DNA of 63,488 nt, filler included, from Octopus bimaculoides (GCF_001194135.2; 3 parts of 3 records of this genome joined end to end with filler, not necessarily neighbours in it); one strand, 5' to 3'. Positions 13,528 through 26,937 are shown, numbered from the whole stretch's first letter. The notes: a model not told the origin generated them from the sequence alone. Translations and numbers: made by a program.

Positions 13528-15372
13528 GCCTCAGGTTAGCTCTGATCCAACATACCTATGGTAAAAGGTGTTCTAACTATGACTACACTGTTTTTATGTC
13601 GCAGGGATTATCGTTGGCTTAAAGAATTCTCCCGATATGCCTCAGCCCTTTGTTTTGATCCGCTGAAAGTTGTTACAATAGTTACGTCCCTGAGCACTTG
13701 TGGGTTACAGCAAACTTTAACCCTGTGTGTCTGTGAGCTGCTGGGACCAGCCCACAAACTATAAAACAAACTTGAACCAACCAGGTGTTGGTGGATACCG
13801 GGTAGCAATTAGATTGTTATCCGGATAACTATACATTCACAATTTACAGCTATTTTTAATTAATCTAATCAAATTTTCTTCATAGTTATGTGATATCACC
13901 TAAACGGAAGGTAGTCATACACCTGTAGGTCATACATGTTCTTAAACATCTAAATACGAGTTACAGAATTTACTGTTCAACAATCTTGTCCATTTCCCCA
14001 TCTACCCTGTTTCTATCTTTTCTATATAGCTCTCTGCATGTCTGTCTGTCTTTGCACTTAAATATTGCAACCTAAAACATATATATATATATACATAATA
14101 CATAAATGCATACATACACTGTTTTTCTACATATCAGTACGGACAAAGATTGGCTAGCATGCAGTGAGAGTGGTCTGCTACTTAAGATGCGCAAACAAGC
14201 AGAAATCAGTGGAGCACACACACACACACACACAAAAATGTCCGCAATAGAGGACAAACATTGTTTGCTACTGATATTTCTGTGCTTCTGAGCACTACAG
14301 CTCTTTACAAGATGGTTTCTGAAGACGAATGCCGCAGTATTCTGGTATTGTTAAAGTATATTCACGTCATACACACACACACATACACGCGCGCACACAC
14401 ACACACACACACANNNNNNNNNNNNNNNNNNNNNNNNNNNNNNNNNNNNNNNNNNNNNNNNNNNNNNNNNNNNNNNNNNNNNNNNNNNNNNNNNNNNNNN
14501 NNNNNNNNNNNNNNNNNNNNNNNNNNNNNNNNNNNNNNNNNNNNNNNNNNNNNNNNNNNNNNNNNNNNNNNNNNNNNNNNNNNNNNNNNNNNNNNNNNNN
14601 NNNNNNNNNNNNNNNNNNNNNNNNNNNNNNNNNNNNNNNNNNNNNNNNNNNNNNNNNNNNNNNNNNNNNNNNNNNNNNNNNNNNNNNNNNNNNNNNNNNN
14701 NNNNNNNNNNNNNNNNNNNNNNNNNNNNNNNNNNNNNNNNNNNNNNNNNNNNNNNNNNNNNNNNNNNNNNNNNNNNNNNNNNNNNNNNNNNNNNNNNNNN
14801 NNNNNNNNNNNNNNNNNNNNNNNNNNNNNNNNNNNNNNNNNNNNNNNNNNNNNNNNNNNNNNNNNNNNNNNNNNNNNNNNNNNNNNNNNNNNNNNNNNNN
14901 NNNNNNNNNNNNNNNNNNNNNNNNNNNNNNNNNNNNNNNNNNNNNNNNNNNNNNNNNNNNNNNNNNNNNNNNNNNNNNNNNNNNNNNNNNNNNNNNNNNN
15001 NNNNNNNNNNNNNNNNNNNNNNNNNNNNNNNNNNNNNNNNNNNNNNNNNNNNNNNNNNNNNNNNNNNNNNNNNNNNNNNNNNNNNNNNNNNNNNNNNNNN
15101 NNNNNNNNNNNNNNNNNNNNNNNNNNNNNNNNNNNNNNNNNNNNNNNNNNNNNNNNNNNNNNNNNNNNNNNNNNNNNNNNNNNNNNNNNNNNNNNNNNNN
15201 NNNNNNNNNNNNNNNNNNNNNNNNNNNNNNNNNNNNNNNNNNNNNNNNNNNNNNNNNNNNNNNNNNNNNNNNNNNNNNNNNNNNNNNNNNNNNNNNNNNN
15301 NNNNNNNNNNNNNNNNNNNNNNNNNNNNNNNNNNNNNNNNNNNNNNNNNNNNNNNNNNNNNNNNNNNNNNNN

Positions 15373-15646
15373 ACTCTTTTAGTCATCAGACTGCGGCCAT
15401 GCTGGGGCACAACATTGAAGTATTTTCAGTCGAATGAATCGACCCCAGTACTTAGTTTTGGTTATGCCTGGTACTTATTCTATCGGTCTCTTGTGTTGAA
15501 CTGCTAAGTTACGGGGACGTAAACACACAACACCGGTTGTCAAGCTGTACTGAGATCAAACAGACAGACAGACAGATAGATAAACAGAAAGACTGACAGA
15601 CAGACACACAGACACACAGACACACACAGACACACACAGAAACACA

Positions 15647-15683
<37 letters not shown>

Positions 15684-15832
15684 CGGGTTTTTCGTTTCCG
15701 TCTAGCAAATCCATTCACAAGGCTTTGGTCGGCCTGAGGCTATAGTAGAAGACACTTGCTCAAGGTGCTACTCAGTGGGACTGAACCCGGAACCAAGTGA
15801 TTGGGAAGCAAGTTTCTTACCACACAGCCACG
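15373..15832 (-). mobile_element. SINE family A, near full length
   Basis: Same three-part layout as 98-502. Confidence 0.8.
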
Positions 15833-16686
15833 TCTGAGGGCATGTATAATTCATTAAATAGCGATCCCAGAACTATTTATTTTATAGATCTGCGGAGGGT
15901 TAAGGGATTATGCTGTTAAATCCGATTGATCAGACGTATCGATAAATAAGAACTAATCAAACATAGATTAATATAGATGGTGAGAAATGATTGAATGATA
16001 CGACAAAAGAATGAAGGGATAGTGGAATAATGGAATCGGAAGAAATTTAGATATTTATGAAAGTGACGAATGAAGGATTTATCTGATGAGAGATAATCAG
16101 CTTAATCAATCAGGTTAAGGTGGCGCTGGTGGTGTGTTTTTTCGTCGTTGGGTTAGAGTGGAACAGTCGTTTATTTAATTCATCAGCCATCGATTTATGA
16201 AGCAAGTTCAAGAACTATTTCCAATCACTATATCTAATTACTCCCTGACAATTTTCAAGAAAGTCTTGGTTTCATTTAAAATCAATCCTTGTAGCATCTT
16301 CACACCAAACGGAAACGAGGACAAAAGAAGATAAATAAAGGGAATAATTATGTTATTTCATAATACAGACACTGAAGCTGTCGATGTTATTGTTATTTAG
16401 TTCACTGACGGCCGGTTTTAATCAAGCAGTTCTAAAATAGAAGGCATTCCAGCCATGATCATTTCATTTTTCAGACAGTGTATCTAGGGTCGCATCATCC
16501 AACGCATGTAATTATTTGTAAAACACACGAGAAAGATTTGTGTGAGAAAGATTTGACTGTTATATTTTGTGTGTAGACCGATCACATACTCAGCTTTGTT
16601 GGTTGGCTCGAAATTGAAGAAAATGAACTATACAAATCACAGCAGAGTAATCGTAGTATAGAAGGCATGCTAGATTTTGATAACGT

Positions 16687-17005
16687 AGGAAGCAGAGTTG
16701 ATTATAGTTGTATAAGAAGCAGGCTTGGTTATGGTAACACAGAAGGTAGAGTTGGTTGTTGTAGCATAGGTGGCAGGCTTGATTATGTTAACATAGGAAG
16801 CAAAGTTGGTTGTTGTAAGAGTAGGAGGCAGGGTTGATAATGGTAATACAGGAAGCAGAACTTGTATCATAGAAAAAGAGTTGCTTATGGCAATATGACA
16901 GAGTTAGTTGTTGTAGCATGGGAAGCAGGCTTGATTATGGTTATATAGGAAATAGAGTTGGTTGTTGTTGCAAAAACGGTAAGGTTCCTTATGGCAATGT
17001 AGGAG
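16687..17005. repeat. Degenerate 27-bp minisatellite with 54-bp alternating higher-order structure
   Basis: Units alternate AGGAAGCAGAGTTGGTTGTTGTAGCAT-like and AGGAAGCAGGCTTGATTATGGTAACAT-like. Confidence 0.7.
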
Positions 17006-17140
17006 ATCGAGAGAAAATCTTAAATTTTTTCCTTTTTATTGCTATATTGCAAGTATTCACAGTTAGTTTGACTTCGAATACATGTTTACAACTCGGGTGT
17101 ATAATAGACCTATTTTAGCCGTCATGTATAGTCTGTGTTT

Positions 17141-17445
17141 GAAGTCGCGTAGTTAGAGTATTCGGCTTACGATCGTAAGGAAGTGAGTTCGAAAACCGGC
17201 GACGTGTTGTGTCCTTGAGCAAGACACTTTATTTCACGTTGTTCCAGACCACTCAGCTGGTAAAATCGATTTGTACTTGTAATTCAAAGGGCCAACCTTG
17301 CCCATTCTGTGTCACGCTGAATCTCCCCGAGAACTATGTTAAAGGTCTGTGGAGTGTTCAGCCACTTGCACATTAATTTCACGAGCAGGCTGTTCCGTTG
17401 ATCGGATCAACTGAAACCCTTATCGTCATAATCGACAGAGTGTCA
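17141..17445 (+). mobile_element. tRNA-type SINE sharing the family B 3' half but with a different head
   Basis: Head with GTGAGTTCGAAAACC...GTGTCCTTGAGCAAGACACTT. 3' part CACGAGCAGGCTGTTCCGTTGATCGGATCAACTG is as in family B. Confidence 0.7.
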
Positions 17446-18339
17446 GTTTTATAGTCTCCGTTTAGCTTTAAAAATTGCTCCTGAAAAAAATTATTGAAGA
17501 TAACTGAAAACGAATTTTAACAATGGCAATGCTTTAAAATGTTATTATTTAGTTACGGCTTCTTACGTTTTGAGTTCAATTCCTATTGAAATAAACTTTG
17601 TCATTCATCCTTCCACTGTTGATAAAATACAATATCAGTCAAATAGTAGGGTCGATAAATTTAACCAGATTCCTCTCCAAATTTGAAACCATGTGATTAT
17701 ATAATAAATAATATAAAATTTTCTAACAAACTAAACTGAACTAATATGGCGCCGGTTATAGCGTTAAGTATTATCAAATTGGCTGTCATCAGTTGCTTGC
17801 TTATTAAGGATGTAATGCATGATGTTAAAAAAAAAACAGTCCTTGAACAGCATGATAGTCAACCATTATTGTCTGTAATAAGGCATGAAACACTGGAGAT
17901 TTAATTGAGTGTGAAAAACACCGTCGAGTTATGATTGATTGATGACAATAAATCTCTTCAGTCGTGACAAAAATTTTCTTAAGATATTTTCTCGTTTCTT
18001 GCGTTGTAATCTAAACATCCAATATGATATACGAGTCAAGCCATTGGTGGTGAAACTAAGCTACTTGTTTAGATATATTTAAAAAGAGACGGGAAATAAG
18101 AGTCTTTACTTGTTTGCTAGACTTTGATAGAAATAATTTCCAAAGTTCCCTTAAATCATCTGTTTTTTAAATTTAAAAAAAAAAAAAGATTATGTACAAG
18201 ACTCATTGGATAACATTCGAGATACGACGCATGGCGCGAGGGTCATGGTTAGAATGCTTTTTGATCATTTCATGGCTGCTCTGGAATTAAACAGAATCAA
18301 CACAAGATATGAAAAAAGAACACCACCAGAAACAACAGC

Positions 18340-18348
18340 AACAAAGAT

Positions 18349-18380
<32 letters not shown>

Positions 18381-18675
18381 CACCATGCAACAACAACGAC
18401 GGCAACAGCAACGGAAACGGAAACGGAAACGGAAACAGAAATATTAGCAGCATCAATGNNNNNNNNNNNNNNNNNNNNNNNNNNNNNNNNNNNNNNNNNN
18501 NNNNNNNNNNNNNNNNNNNNNNNNNNNNNNNNNNNNNNNNNNNNNNNNNNNNNNNNNNNNNNNNNNNNNNNNNNNNNNNNNNNNNNNNNNNNNNNNNNNN
18601 NNNNNNNNNNNNNNNNNNNAATGATACCGTCACCACCACCACCACCACCACCAACAACAACAAGAACAACACCTA
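18340..18675. repeat. (CAG)n, (CAA)n, (GGAAAC)n, (CAC)n compound repeat spanning a gap
   Basis: Direct inspection. Confidence 0.85.
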
Positions 18676-18792
18676 AACGCTATCAAACTTAGCTGTCAGT
18701 TGAATTCGACATCGTTTTTAGAGATTTTGATAAAGATAAATTTTGAATTATGAAATATGTATTAATATATACGCGCAAATATCAATTCATAT

Positions 18793-18839
<47 letters not shown>

Positions 18840-19100
18840 TACGCATATACAAACACACATAAAACACACGCACACACATATATGTACGTGTGTATGCAGA
18901 CACACACAGACACACACATTAATTAACGTGTTGATGTTTGTTTTTGATGTCTATAACTTCTATAACAGTTTAACATACGCTAAAGAATTAAGCACGACTT
19001 ATTTCATTGAATACATGTTTATTTAACTTTTAAAAGAAGTGGGGTAGCACTGACATTGAAGTTTCCGCCTGCTAGTCTTCGACTCTGTTATACGTGTATG

Positions 19101-19352
19101 CGTGGCTTTGTGGTAAGAAGCTTGCTTCCCAATCAGGTGCTTCCTGGTTCAGTCCCACTGCTTGGCACCTTGGGAAAGTGTCTTTTACTATAGCCTCAGG
19201 TCACCAAAGCCTTATGAGTGCATTTCTTCCTGTTTCTTGAGTAATGCTGCGATGGACTGGCGTCCCGTCCAGCTGGGGGGAAACACATACGCCATAGAAA
19301 CCGGGAAACCGGGCCCATGAGTTTGGCTAGGCTTTAAAAGGGCGCATAATAA
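19101..19352 (+). mobile_element. SINE family A head/body joined to a V-domain-like 3' segment
   Basis: Family A head to about 19225, then TGCGATGGACTGGCGTCCCGTCCAG (resembles the V-SINE core as I recall it) and an AATAAATAAA tail. Confidence 0.55.
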
Positions 19353-19805
19353 ATAAAAAAATAAAAATTTCCCTTGTAAAGGAGTGCCAACGATTCCTAC
19401 TTTGATTTTGCGTTCTAAGTTCTGTTAAGAAGTGAGATCTCGTGTCATTATGGTCAATGACTTTTTAAAATGTACCATGTATATCCTCTGCCACTCCACG
19501 AGAAGTGAATGTGAAGATACTTTCCTCATCTCTGGGGAAGAACATCCGAGAGTTATAGCTATTAAGTCCACTGTGTACCAGTTAGTCCAAATACATGATG
19601 GTTGGCAACTCCGACAGATTCGAACCCATGAGTAATATTGGTGTTTGTAGATTTGGCCATCAAAGCGGTAGTGTTTTTCACAGTGATGATCAGAAGTTAT
19701 TAATCTCTGAGGAGGTTAGACCGAAACAATATATCCTGCAAGGAATGGTGCAGTCAATCAAGTGGTTAACAACTGGCGGATCAGATACAGACTTCTATAG
19801 AGATA

Positions 19806-20190
19806 GTGTTGCACTCCGTCGCTTACGACGTCGAGGGTTCTAGTTGATCCGATCAACGGAACAGCCTGCTCGTGAAATTAACGTGCAAGTGGCTGAGCAC
19901 TCCACAGACATGTGCACCCTTAACGTAGTTCTCGGGGATATTCAGCGTGACACAGAGTGTGACAAGGCTGACCCTTTGAATTACAGGCACAACAGAAACA
20001 GGAAGTAAGAATGAGAGAAAGTTGTGGTGAAAGAGTACAGCAGGGTTCACCACCATCCCCTGCCGGAGCCTCGTGGAGCTTTTAGGTGTTTTCGCTCAAT
20101 AAACACACACAACGCCCGGTCTGGGAATCGAAACCGCGATCCTATGACCGCGTGTCCGCTGCCCTAACCACTGGGCCATTGCGCCTCCAC
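19806..20190 (-). mobile_element. SINE family B, full length, 12-bp TSD
   Basis: tRNA-like head GGAGGCGCAATGGCCCAGTGGTTAGGGCAGCGG...TTCGATTCCC and (CAA)-type tail. TSD TCTATAGAGATA at 19794-19805 and 20191-20202. Confidence 0.9.
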
Positions 20191-20439
20191 TCTATAGAGA
20201 TAACATCGGGGTTAAAGTCATAGAGTTTAGGTTTGAGTATTGTGGGAAGTAAAGTTTATTGAATCTATTAATGATATCGAAGGCGATATTGATATCCATG
20301 AAAGGCGTAGAGGTTGTGTATTGTTGGAATATGGTGTATTTTCACCTTTGTGTAATATTGCTGTAAAATATGTATAGAATAAAAACATATTCGCACTTTT
20401 AAATGGAACGACCACTTAGCATCTATCTCTGCTATTGTC

Positions 20440-20860
20440 TTCATCATCGTTAACTGCGTTTGAAGAGGTTGTTTTTTTTATGATTGCTGTTGTTTTTGTT
20501 GTAGTTATTGCTATTATCGTTGTTGTTGTTGTTACTGTCGTCTATTTACTAACAAGAAGGATGTAAGATGGAGTTTTTCTAATTAGAAAAAAGACGACAG
20601 AGACGATGGTGATGATTGATGGTGACAATTGTGATTATACTGATAACGATAATTTATAACGACAGTGATAAAGTCGTGAATTTTATAATATTGATGATGA
20701 TGGTGGTGGTAGTGACGACGACGGCGCTGATGATGGTGATGGTAGTGGTGATGATGATGGAGGTGATGGTGATGGTAATGATGATGATGACGATAGTGTC
20801 AAGGTTGTAGATGCTGCTACTGCTTCTGCTGCCGTTGTTGCTGCTGCTGATCAAGTTGTA
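20440..20860. repeat. Mixed trinucleotide (TTG/GAT/GGT/GCT) low-complexity tract
   Basis: Direct inspection. Confidence 0.75.
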
Positions 20861-20888
20861 TTTATTGTGCATTTATTTAGTGAGGCAA

Positions 20889-21274
20889 GGAGGCGCAATG
20901 GCCCAGTGGTTAGGGCAGCGGACTCGCGGTCATAAAATCACAGTTTCGATTTCCAGACCGGGTGTTGTGAGTGTTTATTGAGCGAAAACACCTAAAAGCT
21001 CCACGAGGCTCCGGCAGGGGATGGTGGCGAACCCTGCTGTACTCTTCCACCACAACTTTCTCTCACTCTTACTTCTTGTTTCTGTTGTGCCTGTAATTCA
21101 AAGGGTCAGCCTTGTCACACTGTGTCACGCTGAATATCCCCGAGAACTACGTTAAGGGTACACGTGTCTGTGGAGTGCTCAGCCACTTGCACGATAATTT
21201 TCACGAGCAGGCTGTTCCGTTGATCGGATCAACTGGAACCCTCGACGTCGTAAGCGACGGAGTGCCAACAACAA
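20889..21274 (+). mobile_element. SINE family B, full length
   Basis: Same sequence as 19806-20190, inverted. Near-TSD GTGAGGCAA / GTGAGGCGA. Confidence 0.9.
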
Positions 21275-21337
21275 GTGAGGCGAAGATAATGCGATGCTGT
21301 GATGTTCATGTTTTACAGTGTCACTATAACTCAGAAC

Positions 21338-21473
21338 GTGGAGGCGCGTGGTTTAGTGGCTATGGTTTTGCACATATAACCGTAAGATTGTGATTTCGAT
21401 TCGTGGATCGAGGGATGCGTTGTGTCTTTGAACAAAATGCTTCATTTCACGTTGGTCCAGTCATCTCAGCTGG
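21338..21473 (+). mobile_element. Degenerate SINE 5' fragment of the 17141 type
   Basis: tRNA-like head then GTGTCTTTGAACAAAATGCTTCATTTCACG. Confidence 0.55.
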
Positions 21474-23376
21474 AAAAAAAGCAATCCTGACTAATTTCCC
21501 AAAAGATCATACATTAGAAATTTAATATTACAAATTTAGTGCTTTATATATTTAAAAGTTGCATAAGATCAATGTAAAGAAAAGAAAAATGCTATAGTTA
21601 TTTCTACATTTTGCACTCAATTTGTTCATTAGCTTTCATTTTAGAAAATATTCTTCTGTCTGTAAATAGAATATACTTTGATATCTTACAATGCAAACTT
21701 TAAGGAAATATATCATAACCCCTAAACTTTTTTTAAAAAGCTAGATAGTCATTTTTACATTTTGCACACAGTTTGTTCATTAGTTTTCCTCTTTTAAAAT
21801 ATTCTTCTCGCAGTAAATAGAAAATACTTTGTTATTTGGTAATGCAAACTTTAAAGAAATTCTTTTGTTACTTCAAAAATATTTTACTATTTTTTACTCA
21901 TATTTTTGAATTACATATATGTTCTACACGAGTGTAATTTTATTAGACGATATCTGTGATTTGAAATTTTTGGATAATGTGTTTTGGTAAGAAAGTAAAA
22001 TTTAAAAAATAATATAACAGTAAGAATAAGACAAATGTTTTAGCTGAATACGAAGGAAATTTTAAATAAAAACAATTAACTTAAATTCTAAAAAAATTAT
22101 AATAAAGAGCAAAAGATATAAAAACAAAAAGGTGCAAACGCTATTTGTTGAACAATTTCAGAAATTCATTTAGCAAATTCTAACTTCAGCATCAACGTTT
22201 TGAATTTTCTTATACTCTACATTTCCATTACAAATGAATATATTTTTACAAATAAAGACATTTTTATTAAATAATTAATAGTTTTTTTTAATGATATTAG
22301 TGATATTTTATTTCGATATATTTTTAATATGTACATATTTTAATACATAAACATAATAATAACAATTAATATTTAAAAAAATCAACAGTTTTATGCTTAA
22401 TAACTTTGGACGTGGTGTTTGCCAAAATATGTCTCGATAACTTTCATTTGAGTGCAAACATTATTTTTCACTTAAAATGACAAAAATACTTTGATTTAGT
22501 TAAAATGCTCACCTTCATTTTCGTCACTTAAAGACAAACCAGTTATATTGTAGCTAATATTTTTTACCGAAGTTGTTTTCACCATAAAAATCTTCTCATA
22601 GAGCTCTTTCATTAGAACACAACTAACTGCATAGTTTTCTTTTATAATAGCTGAGATACTTAATTTCAAAGTCAATTTTGGAGGTTGCTTGCCTTTTGTT
22701 TCGTAACTTGAAGCCACACTATTTCGTAGCTAATAGTTTTTAACGAGGTTTTCACCAAAAGAGTCTCCTCAATGAACTCATCTTTTAAACCCTATTAATT
22801 TATACTTTTCTTATAAAATAACAAATATTTCGAGTCAAAGCCAAGCTTTCGACTTGTTCTCTCATTTTTGACCTTAAATATTTTAACTATTTTTTAAGGA
22901 CTGGACCATAATTGCTAAAAAAAATCGCATTCAGTTTGGTTGAGAACTAGATTGGCGATGAAGCCTAGATGTGCTCGCGAGCAACTAAAGAATGAAAGAT
23001 TAAAAATATACTATAAAAGATAATTTTTCTAAATTAATTTCAAGCTCTTTTTTCTAAGATTGACTTTGAACCTTCGAGCAATTTTGCTGTTAGTTTAAGT
23101 GACATGGTACTTTAAGTGGCTTTTGTACAGCGATAAACACACACTCACGCACACACACACACGCGCAGACGCACACACACACGCACACGCACACACACAC
23201 ACATACAGAGGCACAAACACACACACACACTGATACATACATTCATACACGCACACAAACACATACACTTGTATGTACAACATAACACATATCTACAACT
23301 GTTTTTGTACTTTTCTCATGAAAATATTTTAGATTTCTATCTATAACTAACAACTGTAAATACACTTTAATTCCTC

Positions 23377-23414
<38 letters not shown>

Positions 23415-23689
23415 GGCATATGACTTGATTTCATTTTCAAGTGGCTCTTCTTGGTATTAGCTCTATTTTTATATCATTGTCTATATTTTATTACTTGCTT
23501 ATGGCTTTGAACAAAATTGATACAGAAATATATACAAACATCAGTGTTGACAACTTACAATCAGAATTTTATGCAAAATTTCAGTAGAAAAAATACAAAA
23601 AAAAATAAAATGCTAAAGACTAATTATATCAAAAAGCTTAATTTTTATTTACATTTTATTAACTTTCTTTAATTATTTCTCAATGCTGA

Positions 23690-25070
23690 ATATAATTAAA
23701 GAAAGATAATAAAAATGTAAATAAAAATTAAGCTTTTTGATATTCCAAAACACATAACTAACAAGATTGGGACCTTGAATGTATAAATAGAAATCAAGAC
23801 CTAGGCACTGCAGTTGAAAGTTATGTGTTTTGGAATATGGAAGTTTTTGCAACATTTGCCATATCTTTTCTGGCCATATTTTATAGACAGTATTGATCTA
23901 AGCATTGGAAGATGCATTTTGTTTTTCAATTTTGATTTGATTACACCCATACTACTGAACAACCGTTCAACTTCTGCATTTGAGTTTGGCAATGTCAACA
24001 GATTAATGGCAAAATCAAAAGGCATTTTTCTTTTGTAGTTGTAGTTTGGAAGTGAGTTTGCAATTCAAACCATTGGCTTAAAATTCTATTTGCCGCTGGT
24101 TCTATTGACAGCCACCTAGGTGTACAAGAATTCACGAGTTTCAAAGGCTCTTTATCATTGATTGCAAGGTAAAGTTTTTTGTAGGCACTTTAACTTGTTG
24201 AAGAATGAGAGGACCATTTATAGGTTTCGGATACTAAAAATTCTAAATTTATGGGCAAGCATTCAGCACAAGTGTAGGATACTACCAACTGCAAAGAATG
24301 ACATACACATCTAAATAAAAGTAATGATGGATCTTCTTTTAATTTCTGGAAAACACCATTGTTGACTCCTATCATTACTCTAGCATTGTCGTTTCCTATA
24401 GCCAGTAAATTTTTTATATCTAATTTCTTTTTCACTAATTCAATTTTTAAGGCATCTACAATGCCATCTACATCACGTTTCTAAAGACACCATACTGAGA
24501 TATGTATGTACCACATTTTTGTGAGTGTCACTATAATATATGATAGAAATTCCTAACAACTTGTTTATCGATATATCATTGGATTCATCTAATAACAGGC
24601 TAAATTTTCTATCTCCCATATCAGAAATCAAATCTCCATCAAAATATGGAGCTAGAACATTTCTCACAATATTTGCACATTTTGTATGATGCAACATTAC
24701 TTTGGATATAATATCACTATTAGACATAATTCTTACATTACTCTATTAAGTGATCACAGCTATTAAATGATGAGTGGCAACAAATAAGCATTGCTAAATT
24801 TGCTTCAAGCATAGATGTCTTATCATTTTTGGTTTTAATAACATTGGTAAGAGGAATCATTTGCTGTGGAGTTTATGCCTTATGTTTCTTTGCTTCACAG
24901 TGGTCTACTAAAAGAGAATATTTTGCCAACATATTACATCTACAATATCTGCAATGTGCTTTAGATTGGTCACTAGGTACTTCACGCAACCACTTAATAA
25001 ACGCTGGCATTTTAAGCCATTTCTTTCGGAATTTTTACTGGTACAACTTTGTTTTTTCTTTGCTCATCAT
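23690..25070 (-). pseudogene. Decayed, internally deleted hAT-superfamily transposase
   Basis: N-terminal KAHCRYC...DHCEAKKH zinc finger, FSLLLDESND, GNDNARVM, CVCHSLQL, TPRWLSIE, SNAEVERLFS. Several stops and frameshifts. Confidence 0.85.
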
Positions 25071-25859
25071 AATGTAGTGGGAAGCAAGAAAATAAATTGA
25101 ATGATTAATAAAAATATAAAAATGAAAACACAACTTATCAGTTTGCCGCTAACATTCGCCATTAACAATTCTTTCACTCGCCATTAACAATTCTTATGTT
25201 TGCTGCTTACAAATTCTTGAGGTGAACAATATTGATTCAGGATGCAGGGTGGCCAACTTATAAATGGAAAAGTAAAATCTGCAGAAATCCTAAAACTGTG
25301 TTCTGATATAAACCTGAGAACATCATATTTCGCTTTCAATCTTACATTTAATATCTATTGGTAAAACCACAAATATAACTACACTACCTGAAAAAAAAAG
25401 TAAGTAGAAATATAAAGGGGGAGACCCCGCCACTTCCATACTTCTATATAAGATATATAATCCAAAACAAGCATGAAAAACTACATGCCTATTTTAAAGT
25501 AAATCAGTCAACTTGTCATGATAAAAACCCATCACTACAGAATAAAGCATTGTTAGGACGAGTTTCCATGCTTTCATTCTTTGCAACATATTCACATTAC
25601 TGTATAGTGAGTTCAGGTGCTAACATGAGTTATCTTCTCCCCCTCCCCCACTCTGTATTCAAGCTGGGGTGGGGGTGGGGGTGGAAAATTTCATAATTTG
25701 ATAAAATTACTTTCGATAAACTTTTATTCGAAGTTTCAAGAAAGTGAAAGAAAAATTCAATAGCCGATAGGACTAAAATTTGACTACAAGATACATTAAC
25801 GAAAGTAGAAAAGGAAGGAAAAGAAGAAAAAAGGGTAACTATTGTGGAAATGTCATGAT

Positions 25860-25999
25860 CAGAGAAAAATGCTAAAAAAATTCTAAATAAAATTTTAAAC
25901 CTGCTACTTTCCCTGCTAAATGCTAGATTCAAAACCTTTCTGCTAAATGCTGAAAAAAAATGCTAGATCTAGCATAAAATATACTAAATTAGCAACCCT
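25860..25999. mobile_element. Probable transposon end with TGCTA subterminal repeats upstream of the hAT ORF
   Basis: Repeated TGCTAAATGCTA motifs ending in TAGCAACCCT. The partner end at the far side was not found. Confidence 0.4.
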
Positions 26000-26454
26000 T
26001 ACGTACGTACATGATGACCGCTTCCCCGTTTTCGAGTATAAGATGATGATGCCGGTACGTCAAGTGATACCTGTGCCTGCTGCATTTTAAAGTGAGGAGA
26101 GGCCTTGCACACAACAATCAACTCCACTCCCTGAACAGCGATGCCAGATACTCTAAAAAGAAGAACTAGTCGACTTCATTGGCTGTGATCGAGTCACTGG
26201 CCTTACATCAGAGTTTTCCTCCTAGAGTGTTGTCCTAACAAACACTAGGAATCCCTCACTCCCAGTAATGTGTTAGACCATGCCTACATTCTCATTCTCA
26301 TTGTTTTTTGCTGACGGTACCTGTTGTGCCTGCCTATTGTTGAAAACGTGTCAATCCTCTGTGCAGCAACTGTATTTTCTGCCCCAAAGCCACCCATTTG
26401 TCGATCATTGTAGTAGGAACTATCACTGTCATTGAGAAATAACAGAATCAAGCT

Positions 26455-26511
<57 letters not shown>

Positions 26512-26905
26512 NNNNNNNNNNNNNNNNNNNNNNNNNNNNNNNNNNNNNNNNNNNNNNNNNNNNNNNNNNNNNNNNNNNNNNNNNNNNNNNNNNNNNNNNN
26601 NNNNNNNNNNNNNNNNNNNNNNNNNNNNNNNNNNNNNNNNNNNNNNNNNNNNNNNNNNNNNNNNNNNNNNNNNNNNNNNNNNNNNNNNNNNNNNNNNNNN
26701 NNNNNNNNNNNNNNNNNNNNNNNNNNNNNNNNNNNNNNNNNNNNNNNNNNNNNNNNNNNNNNNNNNNNNNNNNNNNNNNNNNNNNNNNNNNNNNNNNNNN
26801 NNNNNNNNNNNNNNNNNNNNNNGGTGACTGGCAGTTATTAATGTAAAGCCTGAAACTTCAGCTGACCTAATTTCGGGCCACCCTGTATTCATATATATAT
26901 ATACA

Positions 26906-26937
<32 letters not shown>

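Noticed and set aside
13558-13764. 68-aa ORF with a possible acceptor at about 13610
   Set aside because: No recognisable motif, no clear donor and no supporting neighbours.
18206-18676. Poly-Ala/Asn-Gly/Thr ORF resembling a low-complexity protein
   Set aside because: Trinucleotide and hexanucleotide repeats plus a gap, no ATG start and no domain.
20889-20965. SINE heads as tRNA genes
   Set aside because: They continue into long conserved SINE bodies with tails and TSDs, and lack a complete cloverleaf 3' end.
25245-26885. CAGGGTGGCC inverted pair (25245-25254, 26876-26885) as TIRs of one element
   Set aside because: Only 10 bp match and there is no shared TSD. The right copy looks like a separate mariner-type end (TA-flanked).
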